A stretch of 58,275 nucleotides of DNA from an uncultured bacterium. GTDB lineage: Bacteria; Fidelibacterota; UBA2242. Location of the stretch: assembly GCA_964485475.1 (NCBI GenBank), contig CAZAKB010000003.1, forward strand, positions 1-58,275, in the 5' to 3' direction. This document shows positions 57,358 to 58,275 of the stretch, piece by piece (positions within the stretch are counted from its first letter, which is position 1; every line of letters starts with the position of its first letter). A program made the position numbers and the translations under genes. The notes below the pieces were generated by a model. It made no database searches, had not been told where the DNA came from, and saw only the letters and a program-made list of their open reading frames with translations.

Positions 57358-57587
57358 AACTTCTCCAATTAATAATTATAACGTTGGTTTTTTATAAATT
57401 ATTTTCATGCTCAAAGAATGGGACAAATTTGATAGCAGATTTCAGAGCAATTCTGCTTTGATGCCCCTTTATCTTCAATAAAACCACAAAACTTAAATTC
57501 ATCACAGAGTGCAACCGTTCGCCAAACGTTATGGTTAACCATAACATTTACAAATTGTCATTATTATTCTTTTCTTTGTCATATTTA

Positions 57588-57616
57588 GACTATAGTCCGT
57601 AGACAAATAGTAACAT
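57588..57616 (+). promoter_or_regulatory. C-box-like operator
   Basis: GACTATAGTC-CGT-AGACAAATAGTAACAT, ~30 bp upstream of the XRE gene; resembles controller-protein double operators (GACT..AGTC, central CGT, weaker second site). Confidence 0.7.
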
Positions 57617-57648
57617 TCTTCGTACGATTAGTCAAGGATTTTGTTACT

Positions 57649-57882
57649 ATGGAAATCAGACATACATTTGGAATTGTACTAAGGAATAACCGAATTAAAG
57701 CGGGGATTTCGCAAGAAAAACTCGCCTTTGGCTGCAATCTTGACCGTACATTTATTAGTTTACTCGAACGAGGGAAAAGACGCCCGACGCTCGATACAAT
57801 ATTTAAACTATCTAAATCATTAAATATACTTCCTTCAATATTAATCGCAGAAGTTGAATCATTGTTGGACGTTAATACATAA
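57649..57882 (+). CDS. XRE-family HTH regulator, restriction-modification controller (C) protein-like
   Basis: FGIVLRNNRIKAGISQEKLA..LDRTFISLLERGKRRPTLDTIFKLS; AAGGA RBS. Confidence 0.9.
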   Translation: MEIRHTFGIVLRNNRIKAGISQEKLAFGCNLDRTFISLLERGKRRPTLDTIFKLSKSLNILPSILIAEVESLLDVNT

Positions 57883-57901
57883 TAACTGCAATTATTAAGC
57901 T

Positions 57902-57932
57902 AAAAAGAAGAGTCCTATAACTCTTCTTTTTT
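57902..57932. terminator. Bidirectional rho-independent terminator
   Basis: AAAAAGAAGAGT-CCTATA-ACTCTTCTTTTT, a perfect 12-bp inverted repeat between convergent genes. Confidence 0.8.
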
Positions 57933-58064
57933 ATTGTACGTTTTATTGACCGCCTCCTTAATTAACATTGTCATTGGCTTGCCAGTATTCTTTCTTGCCA
58001 GATAGAGTTTTTCCATGTCCTTTTCATCCAGTTGAGAGGCCGGCCATGGATAACGTTGTTTCAT
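57915..58064 (-). CDS. Small (49 aa) putative ribbon-helix-helix DNA-binding protein
   Basis: Below the ORF-track cutoff: MKQRYPWPASQLDEKDMEKLYLARKNTGKPMTMLIKEAVNKTYNKKEEL; ATG overlaps the FmdB stop (ATGA). Confidence 0.6.
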   Translation of the reverse strand: MKQRYPWPASQLDEKDMEKLYLARKNTGKPMTMLIKEAVNKTYNKKEEL

Positions 58065-58273
58065 GGCTTATCCCGGTGGTGATGCCGGACCCTGCCATGG
58101 CTGCCGTAATCGGTGCAATGGAAGCCTGAGCCTTTAAATTTGGCACTTGAGGGTGACATTATTCTCTGCGCCTCTGATCCACACACAGGGCATATAGGCC
58201 AGTCCGCGTGATATGCCTGAATCCTTTCAAAGACATTGTCGCAATAGGTGCAACGGAACTCGTAAAGTGGCAT
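58061..58273 (-). CDS. FmdB-family zinc-ribbon protein
   Basis: MPLYEFRCxxC..FE..CPxCG..RIMS..FKGSGFHCTDY. Confidence 0.9.
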   Translation of the reverse strand: MPLYEFRCTYCDNVFERIQAYHADWPICPVCGSEAQRIMSPSSAKFKGSGFHCTDYGSHGRVRHHHRDKP

Positions 58274-58275
58274 CT

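Noticed and set aside
1-58275. CRISPR array, rRNA, riboswitch, integrase or defence system
   Set aside because: No regularly spaced repeats, cas, integrase, nuclease or methylase motifs, or recognisable structured RNA seen by eye. A covariance-model search was not possible.

Overview
About 54 kb (361-54350) of this window is one large beta-glucan utilisation locus from an FCB-superphylum bacterium outside the classical Bacteroidota. Marinimicrobia, KSB1, Calditrichota or Ignavibacteria-like is inferred from NYPNPFN-type C-terminal sorting domains, a PorV-family gene and a TonB-dependent receptor with no SusD. The locus encodes four GH5s, two GH16s, GH17, GH148-like, GH158-like, GH2, two GH3s, one unassigned clan GH-A enzyme, two phosphorylases (GH94, GH149), a CotH kinase and three inner-membrane sugar symporters. 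Three elements stand out. (1) A SusD-less outer-membrane capture module: multi-CBM protein, TonB receptor, 1165-aa protein with a variant sorting domain, PorV paralog and SurA/PrsA-like chaperone. (2) A solute-binding protein / atypical histidine kinase / sigma54-activator trio. (3) Its apparent regulon, readable in the DNA: five sigma54-type -24/-12 promoters, each preceded by a tandem TTATYR-N3-TRATAA palindrome pair with a 22-23 bp period. The locus is bounded on the left by an IS200-family element. On the right it is bounded by the 3' half of tRNA-Arg(TCT), flanked by arm-like repeats (an att site), followed by AT-rich mobile-element-type genes including a C-protein-like regulator with a C-box. 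Family assignments come from motif recognition only; no database searches were run.
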